64,000 nucleotides of DNA from Camelus dromedarius. Lineage: Eukaryota. The notes under the pieces were generated by a model. That model searched no databases. It saw nothing but the letters and a program-made list of their open reading frames with translations, and was not told the origin of the DNA. A program made the translations under genes and the position numbers. The DNA lies in NCBI RefSeq assembly GCF_036321535.1, contig NC_087436.1:64358001-64422000 (forward strand), written 5' to 3'. Every line of letters starts with the position of its first letter. Within the stretch, counting starts at the first letter, position 1. Below are positions 27,430-40,893 of this stretch, piece after piece.

Positions 27430-28047
27430 TGTAGTAGTTTGCTAGGGCTTCCATAACAAAATGGCACAGACCATGTGACTTAAACAACAGATATTTAAGT
27501 TCTCACAGTTCTGGAAGCTAGAATTCTAAGATCGAGGTGTTGAGAGATTTGCTTTCTCTTGAGGTCTCTCTCCTTGACTTTTAGATGACTTTGTTTCCTT
27601 CATGGCCTTTTCTCTGTGGATGGGCAACCTTGGTCTCTTCCTTTTTGTATAAAAACACAGTCCTGTTAGATTAGGGCATACCTTATGGCTCATCTAATTT
27701 TTATTTATTGCAATGTAGTTTATTTACAATGTTTCAGGTATATAGCAAAGTGATTCAGTTATACAATATATATATATATTTATATATATCTTTTTTCATA
27801 TTCTTTTCCATCATATGTTATTACAAAGTATTGAATATAGTACCCTGTGCTATACAGTGGTCCTTGTTGTTTATCTGTTTTCTGTATAGTAGGGTATATC
27901 TGTTAGTCCTCAATCCCTACATTATCCCTCCTATCCTTTCCCTTCATTTAATTTTAATTACTTCTTTAAAGCTCCTAACTCCAATACAGTCATTGGAGGT
28001 TAGGGCCTCAACATATGATTTGGAAGAACACAAATCTATCCATAGAA
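27430..28047 (-). mobile_element. MaLR solo LTR (MLT1A/A0-like), split by an L1 insertion
   Basis: tgtagtagtttgctagggcttccataacaaaatggcacagac...ttctcacagttctggaagctag...ggttagggcctcaacatatga. Exact TSD ATAAC at 27425-27429 and 28048-28052. Confidence 0.88.
27702..27943 (-). mobile_element. Short L1 3'-terminal insertion inside the MLT1 LTR
   Basis: Same 3'UTR as the L1 at 17085. TSD tcat(c/t)taatttt at 27690-27701 and 27944-27955. Confidence 0.88.
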
Positions 28048-29527
28048 ATAACTATGAAGAGGGCCCACTGAAGGGTTTTAAGTGAAGACGTATGGTAAAT
28101 TCCTCCATTAGGAGAGTTTGTGTCTAGATGCATAATGAAGATTGATTTGAAGGGGAAAGATAACGGAGGCCTGCATGTGTATAATGGAGATACTGGAGGT
28201 AGACATGTGTAACAAGTTGTCCAGATGTGAGAGGCTTGATCTAGGGCAGTTGTAGAATAAACAAAGAATGAGAGACTGAGTTGAGTGAAATCTGTCATTA
28301 ATTGAATGTGGTACATATGGGGTAAATAATAAAGTCCCAACTTCTGTCTTAGGAAAATAGTGGTTCTACCACATGAGTACAGGCCTACATAGAAAGGGAA
28401 TAAATTGGACAATCTGCTTCCATTATGCACCTCCCACACTTGCCCACACAGGTTTTCCTCTCAGATCTTGTCTCTGTACTCCCAGTCTTACTCCTTCTGT
28501 TTCAGCTATGATGATGTCCTTGAACATAACAGACATAAACCACCTAACGATGCCCTTTGTTCTTCCACTGATCAAGTTAACAGCATAAACATTGTTCCCG
28601 TTACCTTGCTGTGGAAAGCTGTAGACAGTTTCACAAGTATAAACAGGAAAATAATAATAAGACCTCCTAGGCAGAGTCAGCATTATAAATAAACTGAGAA
28701 AACAAAACAAAACAAAAATCTGAAAACAAACAATAACTGAGGCAAAATTAGAAATGAAAATGGCAAAGAAAAATAGCATTTTACAGACTCACTCAGTGTT
28801 TGTGTATTGAGATGTAAAGACAAACTACTGTGGCTTTAGGGTAATAATGGTAAGAACTGTGTTAAACTAAAGTACACTGTCTAGAGGTTTGTTGTTTCAG
28901 TGCTAGCCATGTGCAGTTGGATCTTATTATTATTATTAAAGAGGAGAATAAATTAGATTTTTTAATAAAAATTCCATGAATTCAATTAGATCACTTAAAA
29001 ATACACTATGTGAATTGAACAAATAATATCCGGAAAAAAAGAGAGTTAGCTTGTATTTGACTGGTGTCTTCTAGAATCTGGGATACAAATATGAATTATC
29101 ATGAATGACAGTTATCACTTCAAGAGGTCAGTGAATGAGGCTGTATTTAATCTTCTGCTTAAAATGCATTTCAGTCATTCAAGGATCTTAATTAATGTAA
29201 GCAATCTCTCAAGTTCACAGACCCAACAATGTCAGGGTTTATCTCAGTTTACTTTTAAATTCATAGCATGCACTTATGTTCCAGTGTTCTTTTGGATGGT
29301 AATAATGAAAGGAGGAGCTGAAGACCATCGGGGTATAACTGTGCAACACAAACTGGAATTATGTCAAAGCTAGGTTTTCATAATTACATTTGGTCAGAGC
29401 CAGATAGTAAAATAATGAATGATTATAGGCTTATTAGAAATGTTTTCCCTCAGACATGATGTCATTAGGAATGGTATGCCTTCACTTATTTGTAATTTGA
29501 GAAGATGTTGCCTGAATGAACCAAATG

Positions 29528-29663
29528 AGCCAGGACAAATTATCTTTGATTTTCATAGTTGAAAAATATAGAAACATAACTGTTTATAAATTTCCAGCCA
29601 GGACAAATTATCTTTGATTTTCATAGTTGAAAAATATAGAAACATAACTGTTTATAAATTTCC
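29528..29663. repeat. Perfect 68-bp tandem duplication
   Basis: 29528-29595 is identical to 29596-29663 (agccaggacaaattatc...tttataaatttcc). Confidence 0.98.
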
Positions 29664-32149
29664 AAGTGTAACTTAGTTATACAGGGGCCAAACACCTCAG
29701 ATTTGTCACATAATTATTCTTTCATTTATCTGGCTCTTTCGTTGGCCTTTTCACATGTTTTACCATATGTGTATGAAGAGAAGGAGGTGAAATTTTTCAT
29801 CCAATATCTTTTAAACATGTATCTGTCTTCTTTTCATGAGTTAAGTCTTTTATGGGAAACCCTACAAGATCATAGGTATATGGAGTTTACTATACCTTTT
29901 ATTTATACTATTAATTGAGAATAATCTAAATCATTGATATATGCAGTAGCATAAAGATATGACTTAGATTTGAAATATACCTGAGGAAATTGTTAGTGAT
30001 ATACAATCAGCTCAACCATATGACAGTGTTTTAAAAACAAAATTATTATCTTTTTTGGAAAATTAATATTTCCCTGACTTACCCATAAACTCATTTGTAG
30101 TTTCTTGCTTAAGATTCAGAGGGAAAAAATTATTCTTTTGTGTTAAAATTGTCTCTTTCTTTTTGCATTTTACAGTTTAGCATTCTGTTTGAATGCTTAT
30201 AATACTTACTTGTTTGTGTTTATGTAGATAAGCCTTATCAACTGTGACGCTGTTAACTGTATAGAGGAAGTCACAGCAAGGATGAGGCAGGAAAATCCTT
30301 CCAGCAATATTCTTATTGGTCAGTCTTTTTGCCAACTTTACGTGGAAAAAGATATCTGAGTTCCAAATCGTTTAATATTGAGATTAATTAAAATTTACTC
30401 ATCAGGATTCCCAGAGAAATCTACACTCATGTGTTATTCCATACCTTCTGAAATAATAAATTCTAACTCTGCACAGTTGTGCAAATACCTCATTAATAAG
30501 CAAGGTACAATATGCTGTATATACTATTTTGGACTACACCCTAAAGACTATTTTAAAACTTTTACTAGGTTTCATAAAGTCATTTATGAGTAGGAATGTG
30601 CCTGATTAATTTTTGTAGATATTAATATTTAATAGCATAGCTCTTAAAATTATAAAAGTAAACATGGTTCATGGGGAAAACACCCAAAATGGGATTATTT
30701 TTAAAGAATTGTTTCATACTTTTACATATTATTTAGTTCAGTTTCTCTGTATTTTGAGTATTTTAGAATTCTTCCTTCTGAATTTTCTTTCCTGTATTTA
30801 TTTGTACAATCCTGATTATGCAACGCAACTTCACCTAATATTGTTATATCTTAATCCTTCCTTCCCTTTGGCATGCCCTATGTTATTTTCAAATGTGTAA
30901 TATTGTGATAACAAATATATCAAATTAGGACCCTCCAGCTTCTGATATGAATTTTAAATATTTCCTATGAGTGGCTGGTTTTAATATACAGAATAAAATT
31001 GGGATAAATTATACATGGCTATTTTTGGTACCATCAGTAAACTTTCCCCTCAAAAGAAACTGAAATATAACAAATATATAATAGTTACCAAAGATACGTC
31101 ATATGTAGGGCAATATGTATTTTTGTCTAAGGAGAAACATTTTTGAAGGTCAAAGTAGGCAGTGTTAATATTATGTCAAAATTATAAGGGTATACCAGGA
31201 GAGTCCTAATTAGAACATATGTATGAAATCTACCTACCAGAATCAATTATATTTTTATGAGTATTTCATGTTAAAACAAGAGAAGTGATACTTAATACCT
31301 CTTTTTATAAAATTACTTGATTTAACTTTTCATGCAAGGAAATCTATTATGCAAACATTTAATTATAGATCCAATGACTCCTTAACTTAGTACTTTTCTT
31401 TAAGACAAGTGCCACATTCCTAAAATCCACTCTTAATTTTAAACTGATGTGAGTAGTGCATTGATTCTTCATCTCTAATGGATCCTATTTTCAAAGATTG
31501 CTCATGGGTAAGTCAACAAACTACAGTTTAAAAGATATGCAATTTCAAATTTAGACATGATAGGTCATCTTCTTATATCAGAACTGATCTTTAACAGATG
31601 TGATGGGCAGAGAAGCATTATTTCCAGCCTTGAAGAAATACCACTTAATGTTTGATACTGTAAGTGATCTGGCAGATTAAAAGAATAACCATAGTCTTAG
31701 TATTTGTTGAAAAGAAATCCTCTAGAAATAATTTCACAGAGGTAATAGTGAGATGGTCATGCGATTATAGCATATCATATTTTTTCTTGACTTTTAGCAA
31801 GAATATAGGGAAACATTCAAATGTTCTGTTTATTCTTCTAAGATGTTATTTGCTTGTCAATGGAAAGAAAAAGAAAGGTTTTAACCACAGGGAACAGAAT
31901 ACTACGTTAATACATTGAAAGAGAAAGTCTTTTATTTCTTTTAGATTACAAATTCATTTCTTAAGGGTCAAAAAATAAATACTAAAGAGATAGAGAGGTG
32001 AAGTATGCTTGCATATAATCAGCATTAGCAATTTCACTAAAAAGTGACAACTACTTATCAAAATCTTTTAATATTCTTAGGCATAGGGAAAATATTATTT
32101 TTCTTTTTGTTCCTCTCAAGTCCATTATGTCAAAATGTCAATATATGCA

Positions 32150-32592
32150 GGGCCATTCTATATTAAGGAAATGCTAGATGCTCTTTTAAATAAGCCCAGA
32201 ATTTTAGTGGCTTAACACAGAGAAGTGTATTTCTTGTCCTTTTAAGACTTTGGAGTTGATACTTTGGCAGGTGATTTTCTTTCATATGGTTATCAGAGAA
32301 CCTAGGATCCTTTTAACTTATGATTCCCATTTTCCCTAGGGCCTAGGAGTTCCTTGCATCCAGCTAGCAGGGGAGACAGTGTACAAGACTAGATACAGAG
32401 GAACCTTAACAGCTCCTCAAAACCCTAACCTGGAAAGGTCACCTACTGCTTTCAGTCATGATCCACTGGCAAGAACTAAAGCCACACCTGTTAAAGGTGT
32501 TCTGCCCATCTGTAGTTTCTATAGGTGGCTACTTCCCACACTCTGGAATAAAGAACACAAAATTTTGTTGACAAACTAGCTGTCTCTACCAT
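32150..32592 (-). mobile_element. Old MaLR solo LTR (MLT1K/J-like)
   Basis: aattttagtggcttaacacag...gtatttcttg; ggaaaggtcacctactgct...ccactggcaagaacta; acaaactagctgtctctaccata. Confidence 0.65.
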
Positions 32593-33495
32593 AATAACTA
32601 TGGTAAAATTAATTTGATAGTGAAAGTCCATTCAAAAGATGAGTATTAACAAGTCATCAGAGTGGTTTTTCTACGGAGGTGAGCTGGGTCCCTGAGGGGA
32701 AAAATATCTTCAGTTAATATCTTTTTTACATTTTGAATTAATACCATATCCATAAATTAACTGATTAAATATTAATTATATTTTAAATACTCGTATGTGT
32801 AGTTTTAATGGAAAGTAATTTTAGTAATCATTAACTTATCTACCCCAATGTTTTAGTGTAAACTGTATACATTATCTATTCCCTTAGCACATTACAAAAT
32901 GAGGGAATTTGATTATTTAAAGAGAATAAAAATTGAAAAGATGAAAGAGGAGTTGTTTAATTTTCCTCTTGGAAAATGTTTCTGCTAATTCACATGATGA
33001 AAGAAAAAAAAATCCCTTTATCCTGTTTGGACTGAATGTGGCCAGTTAACCATACAGTGAGTACTTTAGAAATGAAAGCAGATAGGGCACAATATAACTG
33101 GCATGATTTGGGTATCATTCAATCTTTAAGCCACGAGGTTATTGTGAATTTTATTAATCGAAGCATTTACTGGTTGGAAGTCAGCTCTCTTCAGCTCTGA
33201 AAAATCTTCAAGTGATGTCATTCTGCTAAAAGACTCATGAGAAGACAGAAACAACAGTCAAAGCCTCACCAGATGCTAGATTGTGAAAGGAATCGTGATC
33301 ATGCCTGTGTTTTGTCCTGCAAATATTTATCATTACTTATTTGTGGACCAACCAAAAATATGAAGAGTCTTTTATCTAGTTCTAAAGAGTTCACCTTACA
33401 ACAATGACCTTTTCCTTACATTTACAAGATGGTTGTTACCCTTGGTAGAGATGGTAACACACCTTGAGAGAGAATTAAAAAATGAAGGCACTCAA

Positions 33496-33747
33496 CACTG
33501 CAAACCCTATCCAATACTAAGCAAATTTTTTACAGAACTATAATTTTAAAATTTGTATAGAAACACAAAAGACCCTGAATAGCCAAAACAATCTTGAGAA
33601 CAAAGAACAAAGCTGGAGGTATCACATTCTCTGATTTCAAACTAATACTACAAAGCTAGAGAGAGAGAAATAAGTCAGACTAGAGAAACACAAATACTGT
33701 ATGGTTTCCCTTATATGTGGAACTTAAACAATAAATGAATAAACATA
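33496..33747 (+). mobile_element. TSD-bounded L1 insertion made of two non-contiguous L1 segments
   Basis: 33496-33658 is post-RT ORF2 (aatagccaaaacaatcttgagaacaaagaacaaagctggaggtatcaca). 33667-33747 is ORF2 end/start of the 3'UTR (gaaataagtcagac..agagaaacacaaatactgtatg). TSD aaaaa(a/g)tgaaggcactcaa at 33477-33495 and 33748-33766. Confidence 0.9.
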
Positions 33748-35494
33748 AAAAAGTGAAGGCACTCAAAAAACCCTTAAATGCAAAAATCAGTCCTTGGGAA
33801 AATGAATTATATTACTATCTACAAACAGGTGGTAGATTTAGGCTTTTGCAAACTAGTATCCAGAATAAAGGGCCATTAATAGATTTCACTACTCTGAGCA
33901 CTGCTTAAATTTATTGTTATACATGGGATGTCTGGAATGATGTGCTCAACGGTTTAGTCTAGCCAATGTGAATGTGAAATTGGCAGTCCTTTGTTAAGTT
34001 TTAGTAGGTGAACTCTCAAGGGCATGGCTCAGGGCTGTTATCTACTTCTAGGGAGAAAGGGGAAAAGAAGAAATCGTAAAGCTTCTTTAAATCTTAAGAG
34101 GGTGAATGTATTTGTTTTATTTTTTTCATCCTAAATCATTGTATAGGACCTCTGTGTGCAATTTAGACAAAGTCCCTACCCTCATAGATCTGAGCTAATT
34201 TAACAAAAATGTTAAAGGAACATATTAGCCACTAAATAATCATATTGTGTGCCTTACCATGGTCTTCAAGGCTCAATATGATGGGAACCCCAACTCCCGT
34301 CTGACCTTATCTCCTACCATGTTTCCCATTCTCCCGAAATTCCACCTGACTGCTGTTCATGACTCTGGATCCATTCTTTTAAATTTTTCTTTATACTGGT
34401 CTTGGAAAACTTTGAAGCTGGCTTAAATAACAACATGATTTTTATTTCTCTTATCTATTTTTCTCCTTTTGAATATTTTACGACAAAGAATGATATTTAT
34501 AAAGCCTAAGCATACAATTCTGTGTTCTGAAAATTTTCACTGATGTTTTCTAAGGATTGTTGTATGTTCAAAAACTTGGGCAAGAGTGGGTTCTGCAGAT
34601 ATGTTGCAGTAGTAGATTCAATTATGATAATACAAGTACAGTGTTAAATGACATATATAAACTGAGATGCAAATGTGCAAGTATATCTTGTAAAAAAATG
34701 AATAGTGTGGTAGCAATGCTGCAGTTTGACACTATGGAGTACAAGAGTCCAACTGTGAAGAAAGAGGCACCTGTTAAATTCCTAAATGGTATATTCATCA
34801 AAATTGTCAGTGTAAAGTTGTCCAGAATTTATTGCCAGGGATGTTTTATGGATAATGAATTTATTCCCCACAAGTTTAATTTGTCATGAAGTTGAAAAAA
34901 GTAGTATTTTTTACAAAGGAAATAAAATATTTAGAGCCCAAGAAATTATTACAAAGTAAAAAGTTACCACAGCTAACTATATTTGCAATATTCACAGTCA
35001 CCAGCCAGCACAGAAATTGCCTTTGGAAGATTCAAAGGCTGCCAGCATGCCTCTCAATACAGTACTCTCACTAATAGCATTATTCATGCATACATTGAGA
35101 ATGATCTCAAAAAAATTGAATTTATCCCAAGTGGCAAACTTCAGAAGGCTCTCTTTCTAAACTTTATAGTATGTAGTTCAGAAAGTGATTGATCTTATTA
35201 AGCAACTGTTGTTGTCTGCTATGAGGCAGCTGATGCTTAAGGTCACTACTTATTCTGTGTACCATTTATCCCTACTGTGAATATTTGCACTACAGGATGT
35301 GAGCAATCAGTTGGGATCCTGATGGCTAAAATATTAGAGCTAGCTTCTGTTAGTTTCAATAAGCTGTACTAGATTTAAAGTACCTTTTAGCATAGTAATC
35401 ACCCTAGTGCTAAGAGAATTAAGATGAATTTGTCAAGTCTAATAGAGAAAGAAAAATCCAGGATGCCAAGAAATGACATACAGTACATGGAGTG

Positions 35495-35846
35495 ATGCTC
35501 ACTTTATTTAGTCTCTGCTTAAAACTTACCTCTGAAAGAATCTTTCCTGGTACTCCATGTCTCAAAGAACAGTTGAGACCCTGTCACCCCAGACCCACAG
35601 ACACATTTATTTTGTCTCCTTCTCCTCATTTATTTTCCTTCAGACATGACTACAAGTCCATATAATCTATTTAAATTCATATATGTATATATGTGTGTAT
35701 CTATTTATATATATATGTATGTATATCTCACTCAACTAGAATATCAGCTCTATGAGGGTAAGGACTGTTTTTTAACTCACTGCAATATGCCAGTGTCTAA
35801 AACAGTGCCTGGAATGTAAGTGACATTTAAAAAAAATAAACGAATG
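35495..35846 (+). mobile_element. L2 3' end
   Basis: ctagaatatcagctctatgagggtaaggactg...ctcactgcaatatgccagtgtctaaaacagtgcctggaatgtaag. Confidence 0.75.
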
Positions 35847-36109
35847 GTGTAGAGTGAAAAAGGAATGTATTATTCTTTTTTTCCCCACTGAAACCAAAGT
35901 GAGGAATTTTTAAAAACAATTTCAGAATACAGAGAGTTTTACAGAGAACCTTTTATAATGAAAAGGAAGCTATTAATTTATAAGATAATGATAATAAAAA
36001 GTACAGTTTGAAGGGAAACAAATTAATATTTATATGAGGTATGCATAGGGATGAAGATGTTAAGAAACCAAATGTTATCCTGAATTATGACTGCTATAAG
36101 TTTGTTTTT

Positions 36110-36780
36110 AATAATTATTAAATTATCCTTACTGTGCCTGACATTATACTAGATATTAGGCATAAAAAGATTAACAGAGCATATGTCTCACCCTTCAAAG
36201 GTTCACAGTTTGGAGAGAGTGGAAAGCAACTACAATATATTTAAATCAATAATGTATGTATTAAAATAAAAGCTAGTACAAGGTTTTGTGGGAACAAAGA
36301 AGGGAAATGTCTTACAATTTTATGGGAAAGTTTTGAGAAAGAGGTACTATTTAAATTGAATTTTGAAACATGACAGATATTTGTTGGTTGGTTAGACAAA
36401 GAGACAAAAAGGAGGAAAGACGTGAGAATTTGCATATTCTGATCAACACTGTGTGTAGGTGTGTGTGTTATGTGATGGCAGGAGACTGATAGAGAAAGAG
36501 GGAGCAAATTATGGTTTTGAATATCAGAGAAGAGAATACCTTTTAATTTTATTGGTGATAGGAAGCTGCCAAAAATTTTTAAGCAAAGGAATATAACTTG
36601 AACGCTTGTGTTTTAAATAAATGATTTTGACGTCCAAGGTAGGAGACTGATAACTTACCCCTCTGGTGTTTCCCAAGTATGTTAAATGTTTGAACACTGG
36701 TTTTAGGGGATGTCCATTGAGAGTATTTGAAAAAAGGATCATATGGTCCGTTATGTTTTGGAAATATTAAGTTAAGCAAA
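36110..36780 (-). mobile_element. L2 remnant
   Basis: tactgtgcctgacattatactagatattagg...cccttcaaaggttcacagtttgg...ggtgataggaagctgcc...ttttaagcaaaggaat. Confidence 0.65.
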
Positions 36781-37799
36781 GATGAAATGTTTATTATTTG
36801 TATTGTCTTATTATTGTAATTATTATTATAAAACTTCTTAGCAAATTCAGTACATTTATTAGCATCATGAATCTCTAAGTTGGGAGAATGTTAAATCGTA
36901 TTTACCGAACATAATTGACATGGAACCATGTACCTTCTCTCCTCCTGTCAATTGCCACCTGCCCCGTCCTATTATACATGACACTCTTGAATTATCCGTA
37001 GGGCTAGCTTTTAGGTGGGCTTTCTCAGCTGGGCTTCTGTGAGAAATTAAGCCCTCTAGAAAATTATTTGAATGAGTCTTCTGGCAATTCTCCCAAGCAT
37101 GTTTCATAAGGAATACCGTTCTAGATGCATAAGGAAGCAGCTAATTCCTTACAGGAATGCTCTTGGACATTAGTAATTGATCCTTTAATAAGACTCTAAT
37201 TGAGAGGAACACACTTTGAAGACTTGAGTTAAAGCTATAGGAGTGTTAATAAAGAAACGGCCTCCCCATTCTTTTGGGGAGGAATTTATGGTTTGTGTAG
37301 ACAGCTGTTATCAAAGATTTTCTTTATTGAAGATATATAAATAATACAGCAAAAACTATTTCAAATTTGTATATATTTGAGTTTATGAATCTGACTTTTT
37401 TCTCCTCATAATTACATGAAATCAAGGCAGAGTCCTGATCAAAATGATTTAGAGACACCTTAATGTAAGGAACACACTTTCTATAGAACATAATGGGCAG
37501 GGAAAGTTTGCGTCTCAAAGAGTCTGGGAATATATGTTTCAACAAAACTGGCCATTTTGTTGAATCACAGAAAATACATTGAAAATACACTAAAGATCAC
37601 ATTGAACATTATGAGGAAATTTGATACTGAGAGAAAATGGTCCAAAATATTTATTTTTAAAGGTTGACAATACAAGTGGTAGGAAAAGAAAACATGGACT
37701 TAAGTTATTTGATCAGAATAATTAGTGGTTACATAATAGCTGTGACATAGGGATATGTTGAAAACTGAAACATTATTAGAAATAAAAAATTTTAAAAGC

Positions 37800-38012
37800 A
37801 GTTTGAGATTTGCAAATATTAACTATTATATGTAAAATAGATACACAACAAGTTTCTTCTGTATAGCACAGGGAACTGTAGTCAATACCTAATAGTAACC
37901 TATAATGAAAAAGAATATGAAAACAAATATATGTGTGTATATGTATGACTGAAATATTATTCTGTATACCAGAAATTGACACATTATGAACTAACTATAC
38001 TTCAATTTAAAA
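37800..38012 (+). mobile_element. Short L1 3'-terminal insertion (camelid-type 3'UTR)
   Basis: ctgtatagcacagggaact...gtaacctataatgaaaaagaatatgaaaac...aactatacttcaatttaaaaa. Reverse-complement homologue of 40950-41105. Confidence 0.88.
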
Positions 38013-39529
38013 ATAGCAGTGTCTTACTGAAAATATGAAAATTTGCATGGTAGATGCCCAAACTTCATACAGTTAACATTTTAAAGTATGATTAAGTCCA
38101 TTTATATTTTTATTTTGAGAGTGAAAGCTGTTGAACAGTTTAGTGGGCAGAACAATTTTATCCTACTGGAGATTAATTTTCACTTCAGTAATCAGAGAAA
38201 GGAATTAAAATTTTGCTGTCCTTAAAAGATGTCTTCTAGAATTTTAAGCAACACAAAGGCCACAAAAGAAGGCTTGTTTTTCACAAACAGCTTGATTGGT
38301 GGAAGATTTCTTTCTTTTTTTTAAGTAGTGCTATTTTGCCAGTTGGGTAGTTAGTCTCTATCCAGCTATTGACTACAACCTTCCTGTGTTGATAAAGATT
38401 TTTTCTTTCTGAATATTTTTTCTTTAAAATTTTGATCGACACCTGGAGAAGGAAAGGCTAGATTTTTATTACTATTTTGTGACTTTCAGTTCTGTTATCC
38501 AAAATATACAATGTGACTAGTGATAAAAATAACCTTTTATATTATAAGTATGTTATATTCTCTTATGTTGGTATCCAAAAGTAGAAAAATTATTAATGGA
38601 TGGATTATTAATATTTAAACATGATACTACAATTTATGGTTTCTTCCTATAGTAAAATCTTATCTTTATGCTACAGTGAATATTTCTTTTGTTCTTATTT
38701 CATGAAAATCAAGACTTGCAAACGTACTTTCATAGGCATAGGATTCATTAATTTTGATTCCTAAGAGATTTAATCACAGATGTAAATGGTCTGCGTTGTT
38801 CATGTCAATGATATTTTCCCCATATTTTATACAGGTGTGAAAATACAACCTTACATGTAAACATATTGTAGTTTTACTTAATATGGTGCTTATCAGTTCT
38901 GATGTTTATGGTATTCAAGACAGATGCTAGCCTTTGGAATTTTAATAATTGATTGAGTACATTCATTTTTCCTTATTTTCTTTCTTCTTTTTAACTTTTT
39001 TTTCTATTGATACCATTTACATTTTCTTAAGATTCAAGATTCAAAAGCAATTACTTTCTCTACGCTGTTTCATGAGCACTTTCTTTCTAGGTGTTTAATT
39101 CCTCTCATTATTTTTGGTGATCACTAACTGGCTCCCCCACTTTTTGCTTTTTTCCCAAAATTACTTTGAGTGCTTCCAGTAAGGCCATCACCTCTGCTGC
39201 TCAATCAAAAAGACCTTTCTTCAAAGCTGCTCCATTTATAAAACGAGCAAGTAAGAGGCAGCCAAGAATTCAGTGTCTGCCCCCAGCTCAAGTCACTTCA
39301 GTGTTTCTTGTTCAACAACTCTAGTTTTTATTTCTTGAACTGTGGATCTGATTGATGTAGTTTGAATTCTGAAGACATGCTCAGTATTTTTTCCCTAAGC
39401 AAAAACCTTGACCTATCTATTCTGTAACTTTCGTTGCAGATCTTACTAAAGTATCTGTTTACTTCTGTTATCTACCTAAGGTCTCTCACTGCTCTGTATG
39501 ATCCAAATCAGAGAACTTCTACTAGTAAA

Positions 39530-39800
39530 TTCAGCTCAGCAACATAGTTGGGATGTCTACTGTTTTAAAATGTTTAATTGACCTGAGTATTAGGGCTTAA
39601 CTGACAATGAGACATCTTCCTGACTTTGAAGAGTTAAAAGTGTAGTAATAGAAGAAGTCACATAAATAAGTAATTTCAGCCTAATATCTAAGTCCTGTAA
39701 TTGAGGGTATGATCAAGATTCTGTTGGAATCCAGAGAGAAATTCTTGGCTTGATCTTGAAATTGAAGGATAACTTCCTGGGAAAAGATCTATCTTGAAGA
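39530..39800 (-). mobile_element. L2 fragment
   Basis: tcagcaacatagttgggatgtctactg...gagacatcttcctgactttgaagagtt...gaaggataacttcctggga. Confidence 0.5.
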
Positions 39801-39983
39801 AGTAAGCAGAGTAGTAAGATATTTGTAGTAGCAGAAGCTCAGATACGGAACAGAATGAATGTGAGAAAAACTAGAAATTTTATATTTTATTTGATAAAAA
39901 CTGTTGTATTATTTTTAATACCTGTTTTAAATTGTTTTTTATCCTTGTGAATTTTAATCCAAATAAGATAGCACGTACAATTA

Positions 39984-40499
39984 CTGTGTCATCTGTTTTT
40001 ATTTAACAAATCACTTTACAACTTAAGGTCTTAAAACAATAAACATTTATCAGATTCACAGTTCTGTTGGTCAACTGTGTGATTTTTCTGATAAGATCTT
40101 AGCCAGCCAGGCTGAGGCTTGATGGCCCAGAATGGCCTCACACACATTTCTAGCGGTTTGCAGAGTGATTTGTTTGGTTAGAGGAGAGTTGAAGGGATCA
40201 TGTGGGACTGATTTTCTGAGCTTTCCTTGATCTCTGATTCTCCAGGCTTTAAAAAGTGATCTCAAGCTTCCAAGGAGCCGCAAGCAAGAGCAACGTCCAA
40301 TATGCTAGCACTTTTCAAATCTCAACTTCAGTCACTTTTTTTTTTTAATGAACCATTAGCCAAAGCAAGTCACGTGGCCAATCCAGAGGCAATCAGTAGA
40401 GAAAGAAGCTTCACGTCTTTAAAGGAATAGTTACAGTTCATGTTGCAAACATTTATATAGGGTAGGAAGAAACTTGTGGCCTTTTGTGCAATTTACCAG
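39984..40499 (-). mobile_element. Old MaLR solo LTR (MLT1H-like)
   Basis: cttaaaacaataaacatttatc...tcacagttctgttggtcaactg; gatggcccagaatggcctcacacacat; ccattagccaaagcaagtcacgtggccaatccaga. Confidence 0.75.
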
Positions 40500-40893
40500 T
40501 CACTGTAGACTTTATAAATTTTCATCATCTGTTATTTTTTTCCTTCATTGTATTGTTTTCACATTGAAAAGCACATCCTAATTTGCCGTAGAGCCAATTA
40601 TTAGTCATAAATTTACAAGAAGGGCTGATCTGTTTTTTGTTTGTTTGCTTTTGTTACTATTAAATAAATACATTTACATGTTCACAGATCTCCTTGTTCT
40701 TTCTGTTTGTACTTTTTTAATGTAATTTTCCATAAAGAAATTCCTCCAAATACTTTTTTTTCTAGAAATCAAAGCAAAAAAGTAATGATTTCTTTGGAAA
40801 GAGATACTGAAATTATTTTTAAAGACATTTCTATGCTACTCATTGTCCACATTTGAAATATTCTCTTTTCTTTTGGTAGCTTTATTGCTAGAC

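Larger units (their letters stand above)
26975..28370 (-). mobile_element. L2 remnant interrupted by an MLT1 LTR
   Basis: Purine-rich L2-like blocks on both sides of the LTR (atggttcctcactataaggagttt; cccactgaagggttttaagtga; gttgtccagatgtgagagg). Confidence 0.6.

Noticed and set aside
27708..28779. Cluster of overlapping 71-143 aa ORFs
   Set aside because: They partly overlap L1/MLT1/L2 debris, show no recognisable domain and have AT-rich random composition.
29528..29663. CRISPR-like or other spacer array
   Set aside because: Two abutting copies with no spacers in mammalian DNA; no such array is seen anywhere in the window.
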